DNA of 27,463 bases from a virus (Duplodnaviria; Heunggongvirae; Uroviricota; Caudoviricetes), in the IMG/VR virus record IMGVR_UViG_2545824714_000008; one strand, written 5' to 3'. A program made the translations under genes and the position numbers. Shown piece after piece: positions 16,854 through 26,369 of this stretch (position 1 is the first letter of the stretch; each line of letters starts with the position of its first letter). Below the pieces are notes generated by a model. That model ran no database searches. It was not told the origin of the DNA and saw only the letters and a program-made list of their open reading frames with translations.

Positions 16854-16929
16854 TAAACCGCAGACCAGAAACCGGGCGGCATCCCCGCCCGATGCAGTGA
16901 CTAACCGATAAATTCAAACAGGAAATACT

Positions 16930-17997
16930 ATGCGCCCGGATACCCGTTTTAAGTTCAATGCCTATCTGACCCGCGTCGCTGAGCTAAACGGCATCAGCAC
17001 TGATGACGTCAGTAAAAAATTCACCGTCGAGCCGTCCGTCACGCAAACACTGATGAACAAAGTGCAGGAGTCATCCGCGTTTCTGCAGACGATTAATATT
17101 CTGCCGGTCGCAGAAATGAAGGGTGAGAAAATCGGCGTCGGTGTGACCGGTACTATCGCCAGCACGACCGACACCTCGGGCGATGATGAGCGTAAGACCG
17201 CCGACTTCACCGCGCTTGAGTCCAACAAGTACGAGTGCGACCAAATTAATTTTGACTTCCATCTGAAATATAAAACCCTCGACCTGTGGGCGCGTTTTCA
17301 GGACTTCCAGCGCCGCATCCGCGACGCCATTGTCAAACGTCAGGCACTGGATTTCATCATGGCCGGTTTTAACGGTACCACCCGCGCCGCCACCTCTGAC
17401 CGCACCAAAAATCCGATGCTGCAGGATGTGGCCGTCGGCTGGCTGCAGAAATACCGCAATGAAGCCCCGACGCGCGTGATGAGCAACATCACCGACGCTG
17501 ACGGTAAGGTCGTTTCAGCAGTGATTCGTGTAGGTCGAAACGGCGACTATGAGAACCTCGACGCGCTGGTGATGGACGCCACCAACAACCTGATTGACGA
17601 GGTTTATCAGGATGACCCGAAACTCGTTGCCATCGTTGGCCGTAAGCTGCTGGCCGACAAATATTCCCCGCTGGTGAACAAGCCGCAGGAAAACAGCGAG
17701 GCGCTTGCGGCAGATATCATCATCAGCCAGAAGCGAATCGGCAACCTGCCTGCTGTGCGTGTGCCGTACTTCCCGGCGAATGCCGTGTTAGTGACCACGC
17801 TGGAAAACCTATCTATCTATTTCATGGATGAGAGTCACCGCCGCAGCATTGATGAAAACCCGAAAAAAGACCGCGTTGAAAACTACGAGTCGATGAATAT
17901 CGACTATGTGGTCGAGGCGTATGCCGCCGGGTGCCTGCTGGAAAACATCACCCTGGGCGATTTCACCGCACCTGCAGCACCGGAAAGCGGAGCCTAA
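16930..17997 (+). CDS. N: Major capsid protein (P2 gpN family)
   Basis: 355 aa (P2 N is about 357 aa), between scaffold and small terminase homologues. Confidence 0.9.
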   Translation: MRPDTRFKFNAYLTRVAELNGISTDDVSKKFTVEPSVTQTLMNKVQESSAFLQTINILPVAEMKGEKIGVGVTGTIASTTDTSGDDERKTADFTALESNKYECDQINFDFHLKYKTLDLWARFQDFQRRIRDAIVKRQALDFIMAGFNGTTRAATSDRTKNPMLQDVAVGWLQKYRNEAPTRVMSNITDADGKVVSAVIRVGRNGDYENLDALVMDATNNLIDEVYQDDPKLVAIVGRKLLADKYSPLVNKPQENSEALAADIIISQKRIGNLPAVRVPYFPANAVLVTTLENLSIYFMDESHRRSIDENPKKDRVENYESMNIDYVVEAYAAGCLLENITLGDFTAPAAPESGA

Positions 17998-18000
17998 ACC

Positions 18001-18750
18001 ATGACGAGCCCCGCACAGCGTCACATGATGCGGGTCTCGGCCTCTCAAGCCGCGCAGCGGGAGCAAGCCCCGCTGCGCCATGCAACCGCCTATGAGCAGA
18101 TGCTGGTTAAGCTGGCCGATGACCGCCGCACGTTAAAAAACATCCGTTCAAACGAACGTAAAGCCGAGAAAAAGCGCGAGCTGCTGCCGTTCTATGCGCC
18201 GTGGGTCGCCGGTGTGCTGGCTGATGGCCGTGGTGCGCAGGATGACATTGTCATGACCGTCATGCTGTGGCGTCTCGATGCCGGTGATATCGCTGGCGCG
18301 CTGGAAATTGCCCCGTACGCGCTGAAATACGGCCTCACCTCTGACCACCGCCGCACAACACCTTACATGCTGGTTGAGGAAGTGGCGCTTGCTGCGCAGC
18401 GCCTGCGCGATGCCGGTGAGTCTGTCGACCTTTCCTGGCTGCAGACCACTATCGACCTGACCGACGGCGCTGACGTTCCCGATATGGTGCGCGCCCGTCT
18501 GCATAAGGTGACAGGCCTGACCCTGCGTGATGCCGGTATGAATGCAGAGGCGCTGGCGCAGTTTCAGCGCGCGATGCAGCTCGACCGCAATGCCGGTGTG
18601 CGCAAGGAGATTGAGCGACTGGAACGGGCATTGAAGCCAAAGCCAGAGGCCGCGCCCCGTAAAACGACTAAACCGCGCACGCGCAAACCTGCCAACAAAC
18701 CGGCGGCAAAGCGCGGGCGTCCACCAAAGGCGGTAAAAACCGCCGGTTAA
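18001..18750 (+). CDS. M: Terminase small (endonuclease) subunit (P2 gpM family)
   Basis: 249 aa with a basic Lys/Arg/Pro-rich C-terminus, in P2 gene order. Confidence 0.85.
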   Translation: MTSPAQRHMMRVSASQAAQREQAPLRHATAYEQMLVKLADDRRTLKNIRSNERKAEKKRELLPFYAPWVAGVLADGRGAQDDIVMTVMLWRLDAGDIAGALEIAPYALKYGLTSDHRRTTPYMLVEEVALAAQRLRDAGESVDLSWLQTTIDLTDGADVPDMVRARLHKVTGLTLRDAGMNAEALAQFQRAMQLDRNAGVRKEIERLERALKPKPEAAPRKTTKPRTRKPANKPAAKRGRPPKAVKTAG

Positions 18751-18843
18751 CTGAACGCTCCCCGAGCCGGGCGGCACGCCGGTCAAAGCAGGTTTTAACC
18801 CTGACGGCGACCGGCGTCCACCGCCCAACCTAATGAGGTTGTC

Positions 18844-19353
18844 ATGACGACAGTAATACTGAATCAGCCCGACGAACCGCAGGACGTACCGGGCGTGGTG
18901 ATTCCCGCACCGGAGACGGGCGACGCAGTGATTAAAAACACGTTCTTTTTCCCTGATGTGGATCCGAAGCGGGTGCGCGAACTGATGCGCCTTGAGCAGA
19001 CGGTTTCCGATGCGCGCCTGCGCAACGCCATCAAGACCGGCATGGCGGAAACCAATGCGGAGCTTTACGACTACCGGCTGCGCCAGATTGCCGCAGGGTT
19101 TAAGACACTGGCCGACGTGCCTGACGCCGAGGAAATCGACGGCGAGAATGTGCGCGTTTTCCACTACCTCAGCGCCGTGACGGCGATGGCGACCGCCACC
19201 CTGTATGAGCGTTATCGCGGGGTTGAGGCCACGGGCAAGGGTGACAAAAAAGCCGACAGCGTCGAAACCACCATTGATGACCTGTGGCGGGATATGCGCT
19301 GGTCGGTCTCGCGTCTGCAGGACAAGCCGCGCTGCATCGTGGGTCAGCTCTGA
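18844..19353 (+). CDS. L: Head completion/stabilisation protein (P2 gpL family)
   Basis: 169 aa, the same length as P2 L, in P2 gene order. Confidence 0.85.
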   Translation: MTTVILNQPDEPQDVPGVVIPAPETGDAVIKNTFFFPDVDPKRVRELMRLEQTVSDARLRNAIKTGMAETNAELYDYRLRQIAAGFKTLADVPDAEEIDGENVRVFHYLSAVTAMATATLYERYRGVEATGKGDKKADSVETTIDDLWRDMRWSVSRLQDKPRCIVGQL

Positions 19354-19556
19354 TGAAAGTCTACGCGATGCAGGGCGACACCCTCGACGCGCTTTGCGCC
19401 CGGTATTACGGGCGCACTGAGGGCGTGGTCGAGACGGTGCTGCAGGCTAATCCCGGTCTGTCTGAGCTGGGCGTCATTCTGCCGCATGGCACGGCGATTG
19501 ACCTGCCCGACGTGGCATCGTCACCCGTAACAGAAACTATCAACCTTTGGGAGTAA
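19353..19556 (+). CDS. X: Tail protein X (P2 gpX family)
   Basis: 67 aa from ATG 19353, overlapping the L stop as ATGA. The track's 90-aa form has an upstream start. Confidence 0.8.
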   Translation: MKVYAMQGDTLDALCARYYGRTEGVVETVLQANPGLSELGVILPHGTAIDLPDVASSPVTETINLWE

Positions 19557-19559
19557 ACC

Positions 19560-19856
19560 ATGACAGAAGGGGAAAAAGGCGTCCTGTCACTGTTTGTGAT
19601 TGGCGTGATGATTGTTGTCGGAAAAGTGCTGGCGGGTGGTGAGCCCATTACCCCGCGCCTGTTTATCGGCCGCATGCTGCTCGGCGGTTTTGTTTCAATG
19701 GTCGCCGGTGTTGTTCTGGTGCAGTTTCCAGATATGTCACTGCCTGCCGTTTGTGGGATTGGATCCATGCTCGGCATTGCAGGTTATCAGGTGGTGGAAA
19801 TCGCCATTCAGCGCCGCTTTAAGTCACAACAGGGGGATAGCGATGCCGATCATTAA
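19560..19856 (+). CDS. Y: Holin
   Basis: 98 aa with two or three hydrophobic segments and a charged C-terminus, immediately before the lysozyme. Confidence 0.8.
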   Translation: MTEGEKGVLSLFVIGVMIVVGKVLAGGEPITPRLFIGRMLLGGFVSMVAGVVLVQFPDMSLPAVCGIGSMLGIAGYQVVEIAIQRRFKSQQGDSDADH

Positions 19857-20340
19857 TACTCACCAGAATATCGCCGCATTTCTGGACATGCTGGCCTATT
19901 CCGAAGGGACGGCGACGCATCCGCTGACGAAAAATCGTGGTTACGACGTCATTGTCACTGGCCTTGATGGCAAGCCGGAAATTTTCACCGACTACACCGA
20001 CCACCCTTTCGCACATGGCAGACCAGCGAAAGTGTTTAATCGACGCGGCGAAAAATCCACGGCATCAGGGCGTTACCAGCAGCTTTATCTCTACTGGCCG
20101 CACTATCAGAAACAACTCGCATTGCCTGATTTCAGCCCGTTGTCGCAGGACAAACTTGCGATTCAGTTAATCCGCGAACGCGGTGCCATTGAGGATATTA
20201 AGGCGGGGCGTATTGAGCGGGCAATTTCACGGTGCCGCAATATCTGGGCGTCGTTACCGGGTGCCGGTTACGGCCAACGTGAGCACAGCCTCGACAAACT
20301 GGTCACCGTATGGCGCACCGCTGGCGGGGTAATGGAATGA
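19843..20340 (+). CDS. K: Endolysin (lysozyme; position of P2 gpK)
   Basis: 166 aa from ATG 19843, overlapping the holin stop. The track's 242-aa form overlaps the holin in another frame. Confidence 0.85.
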   Translation: MPIINTHQNIAAFLDMLAYSEGTATHPLTKNRGYDVIVTGLDGKPEIFTDYTDHPFAHGRPAKVFNRRGEKSTASGRYQQLYLYWPHYQKQLALPDFSPLSQDKLAIQLIRERGAIEDIKAGRIERAISRCRNIWASLPGAGYGQREHSLDKLVTVWRTAGGVME

Positions 20341-20750
20341 AAATCCTGATTACACTTCTGGTGCTGACTGTGCTCGGGATGTTGTGGTTGCGCCATGAGA
20401 ACGGCAATTTATCCCGCTCCTTTGAGACAGCAAACCGCGTCGCGAGCGAACAAAAGACGACGATTGGCATGCTGAAAAATCAGCTCAGTGTTGCCGGTCA
20501 GCTTGCCAGACGTAATGAATCTGCGCAGGTGGCACTGCGTGAACAGCTCGCAAAGGCCAGCGAGGAAGCCAGCCGCCGCGAGCAATCAATAACGAGGTTA
20601 CTTAATGAAAATGAAGCCTTTCGCCGCTGGTATAACGCTGCTTTACCTGATGTTGTGCGTCGGTTGCACACCCGACCCGCCTGCGCCAGCGCCGGTGATT
20701 GTGGTCAGCGGATGCCCGAGGGTGAGCCTTTGCCCGATGCCGGGCAGTGA
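20337..20750 (+). CDS. lysB: Spanin inner-membrane subunit (Rz-like, LysB)
   Basis: 137 aa from ATG 20337 with an N-terminal transmembrane segment and coiled-coil-like body. Embeds lysC. Confidence 0.8.
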   Translation: MKILITLLVLTVLGMLWLRHENGNLSRSFETANRVASEQKTTIGMLKNQLSVAGQLARRNESAQVALREQLAKASEEASRREQSITRLLNENEAFRRWYNAALPDVVRRLHTRPACASAGDCGQRMPEGEPLPDAGQ

Positions 20751-20895
20751 CCCGAAAACCAATGGTGACCTGAGCGCGGATATCCGCCGTCTTGAGGGCG
20801 CGCTGACTGCCTGCGCGCTGCAGGTCAAAACCGTCAAACACTGTCAGGATGAACTCGATGCAGAAGCACAAAAGCCTGCGCAAGGCGCTGATTAA
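20605..20895 (+). CDS. lysC: Spanin outer-membrane lipoprotein subunit (Rz1-like, LysC), overlapping lysB in another frame
   Basis: 96 aa with lipobox LCVGC and a proline-rich region, the same length as P2 LysC. Confidence 0.8.
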   Translation: MKMKPFAAGITLLYLMLCVGCTPDPPAPAPVIVVSGCPRVSLCPMPGSDPKTNGDLSADIRRLEGALTACALQVKTVKHCQDELDAEAQKPAQGAD

Positions 20896-21325
20896 CGCTG
20901 TACCCCAGCTCAGAAACAACCCCGATATGCTGCGTCTTTTCGCCGACAACGGGCATATCGATTCCCGACTGGCGAGCTCGCTGTCGTTTGAAAAGGTGTA
21001 CGTGCTTAACATGGTGGTGACCGACTTTACCGGCGACCTCGATTTGATATTCGTGCCAGTGCAGGCGTGGCTGCGTGAACATCAGCCGGACATTATGACC
21101 ACCGACGACGGGCGGGAAAAAGGATTCACCTGGATTATTGATATCAATAACGACGATTCGCTCGATATCAGTATCAGCCTGAGGCTCACCGAGCGCACGC
21201 TCGTCAAAGAGGTCGACGGCGCGCTGCATGTCAGCTATGCCCCAGAGCCGCCGCTGCCTGAGCCGGTGACGCGCCCGGTCGAGCTGTACGTTAATGGCGA
21301 ACTGGTGAGTAAGTGGGATGAGTGA
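20849..21325 (+). CDS. R: Tail completion protein (P2 gpR family)
   Basis: 158 aa (P2 R is about 155 aa), in P2 gene order. Confidence 0.82.
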   Translation: MNSMQKHKSLRKALINAVPQLRNNPDMLRLFADNGHIDSRLASSLSFEKVYVLNMVVTDFTGDLDLIFVPVQAWLREHQPDIMTTDDGREKGFTWIIDINNDDSLDISISLRLTERTLVKEVDGALHVSYAPEPPLPEPVTRPVELYVNGELVSKWDE

Positions 21326-21773
21326 GTTAACCGCGCTACAGGAACGTCTTGCCGGTCTGATTGCCAGCCTGTCACCGGCGGCGCGTCGGCAAATGGCGGC
21401 TGACATTGCAAAAAAACTGCGCGCCAGTCAGCAACAGCGCATTAAGCGCCAGCAGGCACCTGACGGCACCCCGTATGCCGCCAGAAAGCGCCAGCCGGTG
21501 CGGAGCAAGAGAGGCCGTATCAGGCGCGAAATGTTCGCCAAACTGCGCAGCACTAACCGCTTTATGAAAGCCAAAGGCAGCGACAGTGCGGCAGTGGTGG
21601 AGTTTACCGACAAGGTACAGCGCATGGCGCGGGTGCATCAGTACGGCCTCAAAGACCGGCCAAACCGCAACAGCCGGGATGTGCAGTACGAGGCACGCCC
21701 GTTGTTCGGTTTCACCCGGGACGATGAACTGCTTGTTGAGAAGCTAATAATCGGAGCTATTAGAAATGGTTAA
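21318..21773 (+). CDS. S: Tail completion / virion morphogenesis protein (P2 gpS family)
   Basis: 151 aa (P2 S is about 150 aa), overlapping the R stop. Confidence 0.82.
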   Translation: MSELTALQERLAGLIASLSPAARRQMAADIAKKLRASQQQRIKRQQAPDGTPYAARKRQPVRSKRGRIRREMFAKLRSTNRFMKAKGSDSAAVVEFTDKVQRMARVHQYGLKDRPNRNSRDVQYEARPLFGFTRDDELLVEKLIIGAIRNG

Positions 21774-21821
21774 TTAACAAAAGCATGCTAACTCTTGACA
21801 ATTTGACAACTAGAGTGCACC

Positions 21822-21850
21822 CTAACGCCAGTCAATAGAGTGCGACTGGC
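21822..21850. terminator. Hairpin between gene S and the convergent cargo gene, possible bidirectional terminator
   Basis: 9-bp stem ACGCCAGTC / GACTGGCGT with a 10-nt loop, followed by T-rich sequence on the plus strand. Confidence 0.4.
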
Positions 21851-21890
21851 GTCAAGGAAGATTTTAATCTTTCTTTAGTGGTTCGATTCC

Positions 21891-22766
21891 CTAGCCTCGT
21901 AAATATCGTTTAGTAAATTTCGTGTTTGGTCTGGATGATAGGATTTGTCTTTCTATTTCACTATCACAGTCTATATAGTCTAGTGTATTAGCTTCTATAA
22001 GTTTGTTCACGTCAATATTTTTTGCATCGATTATGTTGGCATTTCTAAGGTTTGCATTGGTGTATTCCACTTTATCCAAATCACACTCTCTGAGTACGCA
22101 ACTTTTCATTTCCGCATTGGAAAAATCCCCACCATATAAATAGCAGCCTTCAAAAATAACACCGTTTAACTTTGAATCCTGAGCTTTAATATTTTTTATT
22201 TTACACTTTATAAATTTTACGTTTTTCATTTTGCTCTTGCTAATATTTAATGCCTGGATTGTACATCCAGTGAAAGAACAGTCTCTTATGTTAGATTTTT
22301 CCATATTTAACCCAGATAGTTCTGAGGTTTTAAAGTGTAAGTATTTAATGGTAAAAAGGTCACCCAACTCCATTCTGGGTATGTCTATATTGAAGACACC
22401 TTTATTGTTGAGCTGTCTTATTATTTTTATTTTTTGTATTTTCAAATCAACATTAACGTGCTTAGCTAAGTTTCCCAAATCCTCAAGAAGTTCATTAATC
22501 GTTTCTTTGTTTTGTCTTCTGTATTCAAAGTAATAAAGGATGACACCTAATACAAAAAAATCCAAAATGGATGAATTTGCATTTATTAGGAACCCAGACA
22601 GGAATGAATCATTGTAATTACCATAGTGTATAGAGGCAAGTGTTACGCCAAATGCATATAAAATAAAAATAATAAACACGTGCTTCATTTTGCATAAGGA
22701 TTGTATTATTGGTTTTATGGCATCAATTTTGTTCATTGCTGCAGCAGCGAAAGATTTAAAAGTCAT
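21891..22766 (-). CDS. Membrane-anchored pentapeptide-repeat protein, low-GC cargo at the S/V junction
   Basis: 291 aa with two N-terminal hydrophobic segments (HVFIIFILYAFGVTLASI, ILDFFVLGVILYYF) and about 19 consecutive pentapeptide-like units in the C-terminal half. AT-rich and on the opposite strand to the tail genes. Confidence 0.7.
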   Translation of the reverse strand: MTFKSFAAAAMNKIDAIKPIIQSLCKMKHVFIIFILYAFGVTLASIHYGNYNDSFLSGFLINANSSILDFFVLGVILYYFEYRRQNKETINELLEDLGNLAKHVNVDLKIQKIKIIRQLNNKGVFNIDIPRMELGDLFTIKYLHFKTSELSGLNMEKSNIRDCSFTGCTIQALNISKSKMKNVKFIKCKIKNIKAQDSKLNGVIFEGCYLYGGDFSNAEMKSCVLRECDLDKVEYTNANLRNANIIDAKNIDVNKLIEANTLDYIDCDSEIERQILSSRPNTKFTKRYLRG

Positions 22767-22919
22767 TCTATTTTTAATGCATTCAGATTAAATGGGATTG
22801 ATGATTTTTACGTGCCCAATGATGCGTGTCAATCAGATCTTTGAAAGTGTCTTGCTGTGTGAGCCCCTTTCCAATCCCGAAGTTTTGTCTGCAATGAAAA
22901 GAAGCGGCATGCTTACATA

Positions 22920-23555
22920 ATGAATACATCAAATATCATTCAAGAGCTTGCCCGTGCAATACGCAACCTCATTCGCACAGGGGTGGTGACTGAGGTCGAT
23001 ACCGTGCAGGGGCTGTGCCGTGTACAAAGCGGCGGGATCCAGACTACATGGCTGAACTGGCTGACCACCCGAGCCGGTCGTTCGCGGACGTGGTGGGCTC
23101 CCTCGGTCGGTGAGCAGGTTCTGCTGCTGGCAATCGGTGGCGAGCTTGATACCGCTTTCGTGCTGCCGGGTATTTTCTCCGACGATAACCCCGCCCCGTC
23201 TGCCTCGGCGGATGCGTGGCATGTGGCTTTCCCTGATGGTGCGGTCATTGAGTACGAGCCCGAGGCCGGCGCGCTGACGGCCAGCGGTATCAAAACTGCC
23301 GACGTGACGGCATCGGAGTCCATCACTGCAACCGTACCGCTGGTACTGGTGAAAGCCTCGACCAGTATCACCCTCGACACCCCGGAGGTGATTTGCACCA
23401 ATAAGCTGACGACAGCGACGCTTGAGGTACAAAAAGGCGGCAAGATGAGCGGCAATATCGAACATACCGGCGGGTCACTGTCGTCTAATGGCAAGGTACT
23501 CCACACCCATAAACACCCAGGCGACAGCGGCGGGCAAACGGGGGCACCGTTATGA
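22920..23555 (+). CDS. V: Baseplate spike/assembly protein (P2 gpV family)
   Basis: 211 aa, the same length as P2 V, starting the baseplate block. Confidence 0.88.
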   Translation: MNTSNIIQELARAIRNLIRTGVVTEVDTVQGLCRVQSGGIQTTWLNWLTTRAGRSRTWWAPSVGEQVLLLAIGGELDTAFVLPGIFSDDNPAPSASADAWHVAFPDGAVIEYEPEAGALTASGIKTADVTASESITATVPLVLVKASTSITLDTPEVICTNKLTTATLEVQKGGKMSGNIEHTGGSLSSNGKVLHTHKHPGDSGGQTGAPL

Positions 23556-23899
23556 CGGCGCGCTATCAGGGTATGAACCGAAATACCGGCCTCGGCATCA
23601 GCGACACTGAGCACATCAGCCAGAGCATGCGCGACATACTGCTGACGCCGGTCGGCTCGCGGGTGATGCGCCGTGAATATGGCTCGCTTCTGTCGGCGCT
23701 GATTGATATGCCGCAAAACCCGGCGCTCAGGCTGCAAATTATGGTGGCGTGCTATTCGGCTATCCAGAAGTGGGAGCCGCGCATCAGGCTTACCTCCATC
23801 AACTTTGAGACCGGCGACGCTGGCGAAATGTATGTCGATATTACCGGGATGCGTACCGATACCGGTGCGTCAGTTTCAACCACTGTTTCACTGAGTTAA
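23552..23899 (+). CDS. W: Baseplate wedge protein (P2 gpW family)
   Basis: 115 aa, the same length as P2 W, overlapping the V stop. Confidence 0.85.
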   Translation: MTARYQGMNRNTGLGISDTEHISQSMRDILLTPVGSRVMRREYGSLLSALIDMPQNPALRLQIMVACYSAIQKWEPRIRLTSINFETGDAGEMYVDITGMRTDTGASVSTTVSLS

Positions 23900-23905
23900 A
23901 TCACT

Positions 23906-24814
23906 ATGGCAACCGTTGACCTGAGTCAGTTACCCGTTCCCGATGTGGTTGAGGAACTGGACTATGAAACTATCCTTGCGGAACGCATTGCGACGCTGAT
24001 TTCGCTCTATCCCGAAGACCAGCAGGAGGCCATTGCCCGGACGCTCACACTTGAGTCAGAGCCGATTGTTAAGCTGCTGCAGGAAAACGCCTACCGTGAA
24101 GTTATCTGGCGTCAGCGGGTGAACGAAGCCGCGCAGGCGGTGACGCTGGCCTACTCCGCCGGTAACGACCTCGACGTCGTAGCCGGGAACAATAATACCG
24201 AACGCCTGACCATCACCCCGGCGGATGATACCACCATCCCGCCGACCCCTGCCGTTATGGAATCTGATACCGACCTGCGACTGCGCACGCAACAGGCGTT
24301 TGAGGGATTGAGCGTGGCGGGTCCGGTCGGTGCATATGAGTATCACGGCCGCAGCGCCGACGGGCGGGTCGCTGACGTTTCGGTCGCCAGCCCGTCGCCA
24401 GCCTGCGTGACGATTACCGTGCTATCGCGTGAGGGGGACGGCACTGCCAGCCCTGAGCTACTGGCGATTGTTGATAAAGCGCTGAACGCCGAAGATGTGC
24501 GCCCGGTAGCTGACCGGGTGACCGTCCAGTCAGCCGAGATTGTGCCGTACCAGATTGACGCGACGATCTACGTTTACCCCGGCCCCGAATCTGAACCCAT
24601 CAGGCAGGCGTCAGAGCAGAAGTTGCAGAGCTACATCAGCGCGCAGCACCGCCTCGGGCGTGATATCCGTCTGTCAGCCATTTATGCGGCGCTGCATGTT
24701 GAGGGGGTGCAGCGTGTCGAGCTGACATCACCGCAGGCCGACATAGTGCTGAGTAAGTCGCAGGCGTCGAACTGTACCGAGTACCAGATAACTATCGGGG
24801 GCTCGGATGAATGA
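23906..24814 (+). CDS. J: Baseplate protein (P2 gpJ family)
   Basis: 302 aa, the same length as P2 J. Confidence 0.88.
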   Translation: MATVDLSQLPVPDVVEELDYETILAERIATLISLYPEDQQEAIARTLTLESEPIVKLLQENAYREVIWRQRVNEAAQAVTLAYSAGNDLDVVAGNNNTERLTITPADDTTIPPTPAVMESDTDLRLRTQQAFEGLSVAGPVGAYEYHGRSADGRVADVSVASPSPACVTITVLSREGDGTASPELLAIVDKALNAEDVRPVADRVTVQSAEIVPYQIDATIYVYPGPESEPIRQASEQKLQSYISAQHRLGRDIRLSAIYAALHVEGVQRVELTSPQADIVLSKSQASNCTEYQITIGGSDE

Positions 24815-25415
24815 CCGGCTATTACCCGTTGGCTCGTCGCCGCTGGAGGTTGCCGCCGCTGCCGCGCTCTCTGAGATTCAGCGTGTGCCGGTACCGCTGC
24901 GCACTCTGTGGAACTGGCGCACCTGCCCGGTAAAACTGCTGCCGTATCTGGCGTGGGCGCTGTCGGTCGACAGGGGGGATGAGAAATGGCCGGAGGCGAC
25001 AAAGCGTAGCGTCTGCGCGTCCTCGTTTTTCGTCCATCAGCACAAAGGCACCATTAGCGCATTGCGTCGGGTGGTTGAGCCGCTCGGCTTTCTGATTGAA
25101 GTGCGCGAGTGGTGGCAGCTCAACGAGGAGCCAGGCACATTCCGCCTCGTTGTCGGCGTGCTCGATAGCGGCATTACTGACGAAATGTATCAGGAGCTTG
25201 AGCGCCTGATTGAAGACGCCAAACCGGCAAGTCGCCACCTGACCGGGCTGGCTATCAGTCTGAGCTCGACCGGCGAACTGTATGTCGGCGCGGGATGCTA
25301 TCACGGCGACGCGCTGACTGTTTACCCCTACACCCCCGAGGAGATTGTCGTCGGCGGTGAATATTACCCGGCCTCGGCCATCCATTTGATTGATAACCTG
25401 AGAGTGAACGCATGA
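24807..25415 (+). CDS. I: Baseplate protein (P2 gpI family)
   Basis: 202 aa, overlapping the J stop and preceding the tail-fibre gene. Confidence 0.82.
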   Translation: MNDRLLPVGSSPLEVAAAAALSEIQRVPVPLRTLWNWRTCPVKLLPYLAWALSVDRGDEKWPEATKRSVCASSFFVHQHKGTISALRRVVEPLGFLIEVREWWQLNEEPGTFRLVVGVLDSGITDEMYQELERLIEDAKPASRHLTGLAISLSSTGELYVGAGCYHGDALTVYPYTPEEIVVGGEYYPASAIHLIDNLRVNA

Positions 25416-26368
25416 CCGCAAAATATTTTGCCATTCTGACCAATCAGGGCGCGGCGCGGCTGGCGAACGCGGCGGCACTCGGTACCAAACTCAACCTGAC
25501 GCAGATGGCCGTCGGTGATGCGAATGGTACGTTGCCGACCCCTGACCCGGCGCAGACGAAGCTCATTAACCAGAAACGCATCGCGCCGCTGAACCTGCTG
25601 ACCGTTGACCCGGCCAATACCAGTCAGATTATCGCGGAACAGATTATTCCCGAGAATGAAGGTGGTTTCTGGATCCGCGAGATTGGTCTCTATGACGATG
25701 ATGGTATTCTGATTGCCGTGGCGAACTGTCCGGAGACCTACAAGCCACAACTGCAGGAGGGAAGCGGTCGCACGCAGACCATTCGCATGATTCTGATTGT
25801 GTCGAGCACATCGGCAATCACCCTGAAAATCGACCCGGCAGTCGTGCTGGCAACGCGCCAGTATGTCGACGACAAGATTATCGAGGGGAAAGGATATGCT
25901 GATGACCTGATGAAAAAACATGTTGAGGCCGCCAATCCACACAAGCAGTACCCGTTAATCGCTAATGCTCTGAAAGAAATGGTTGACGCGGGACTGGCCG
26001 GCGACGTTCTTAAAAACCTTGGTTTGGGGGAATTGGCTCTGGCTGGCGCAACAACCGGCGCTATGTTGGTGAATGGGTATGTAGCAATTCCATTAATTAT
26101 TTCTGGCGTTCGGAGACCACTTATTATCCAGTGGGGAGTGGGGCAGTTTGGGGGAAGTCTGGGGGATGATGCGGGATATTTAAACAATTTCCCTTTCGCT
26201 TTTCCGTCGGCGTGCTACGTGATGGTTGCCAGCCACGTGGGGCATACACCTTCGGGTGCCGGAATACTATCTGCTTCCGCAATCACAAAAAGCGGCTTTC
26301 GTGGTTTTTCCAGCGTAGCGACTGCCGCAAATCCTGTATCGGGCTGTTATGTTGCTATAGGAGGGTGA
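25412..26368 (+). CDS. H: Tail fibre protein: P2 gpH-like constant N-terminal region fused to a short variable C-terminal region
   Basis: The first ~160 aa carry P2 H-like motifs (MAVGD, GGFWIREIGLYDDDGILIAVAN, EGSGR, YVDDKI). Total length is only 318 aa, and a recombination-site-like sequence lies inside at 26007..26032. Confidence 0.85.
   Translation: MTAKYFAILTNQGAARLANAAALGTKLNLTQMAVGDANGTLPTPDPAQTKLINQKRIAPLNLLTVDPANTSQIIAEQIIPENEGGFWIREIGLYDDDGILIAVANCPETYKPQLQEGSGRTQTIRMILIVSSTSAITLKIDPAVVLATRQYVDDKIIEGKGYADDLMKKHVEAANPHKQYPLIANALKEMVDAGLAGDVLKNLGLGELALAGATTGAMLVNGYVAIPLIISGVRRPLIIQWGVGQFGGSLGDDAGYLNNFPFAFPSACYVMVASHVGHTPSGAGILSASAITKSGFRGFSSVATAANPVSGCYVAIGG
26007..26032. other. hix/gix/cix-like 26-bp recombination site inside the tail-fibre gene (left boundary of an invertible segment)
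   Basis: TTCTTAAAAACCTTGGTTTGGGGGAA fits the Hin/Gin/Cin site pattern TTC..AAACC-NN-GGTTT..GAA and lies at about codon 199 of the fibre gene, where constant and variable parts join. Confidence 0.65.
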
Positions 26369-26369
26369 T

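Noticed and set aside
16358-16882. 174-aa minus-strand ORF
   Set aside because: It is antisense to the scaffold gene.
18148-19164. 338-aa ORF on the minus strand
   Set aside because: It lies antisense across the conserved M and L homologues in GC-rich DNA, which is a typical long antisense artefact.
19284-19556. 90-aa form of gene X
   Set aside because: The upstream extension overlaps the L gene. ATG 19353 gives the canonical 67 aa.
19612-20340. 242-aa form of the lysozyme ORF
   Set aside because: The first 77 codons overlap the holin gene in another frame. ATG 19843 gives a 166-aa endolysin of the expected size.
22940-23737. 265-aa minus-strand ORF, and 22929..23465
   Set aside because: They are antisense to the V and W baseplate homologues.
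24822-25942. Minus-strand ORFs of 218 and 192 aa
   Set aside because: They are antisense to the I and H homologues.
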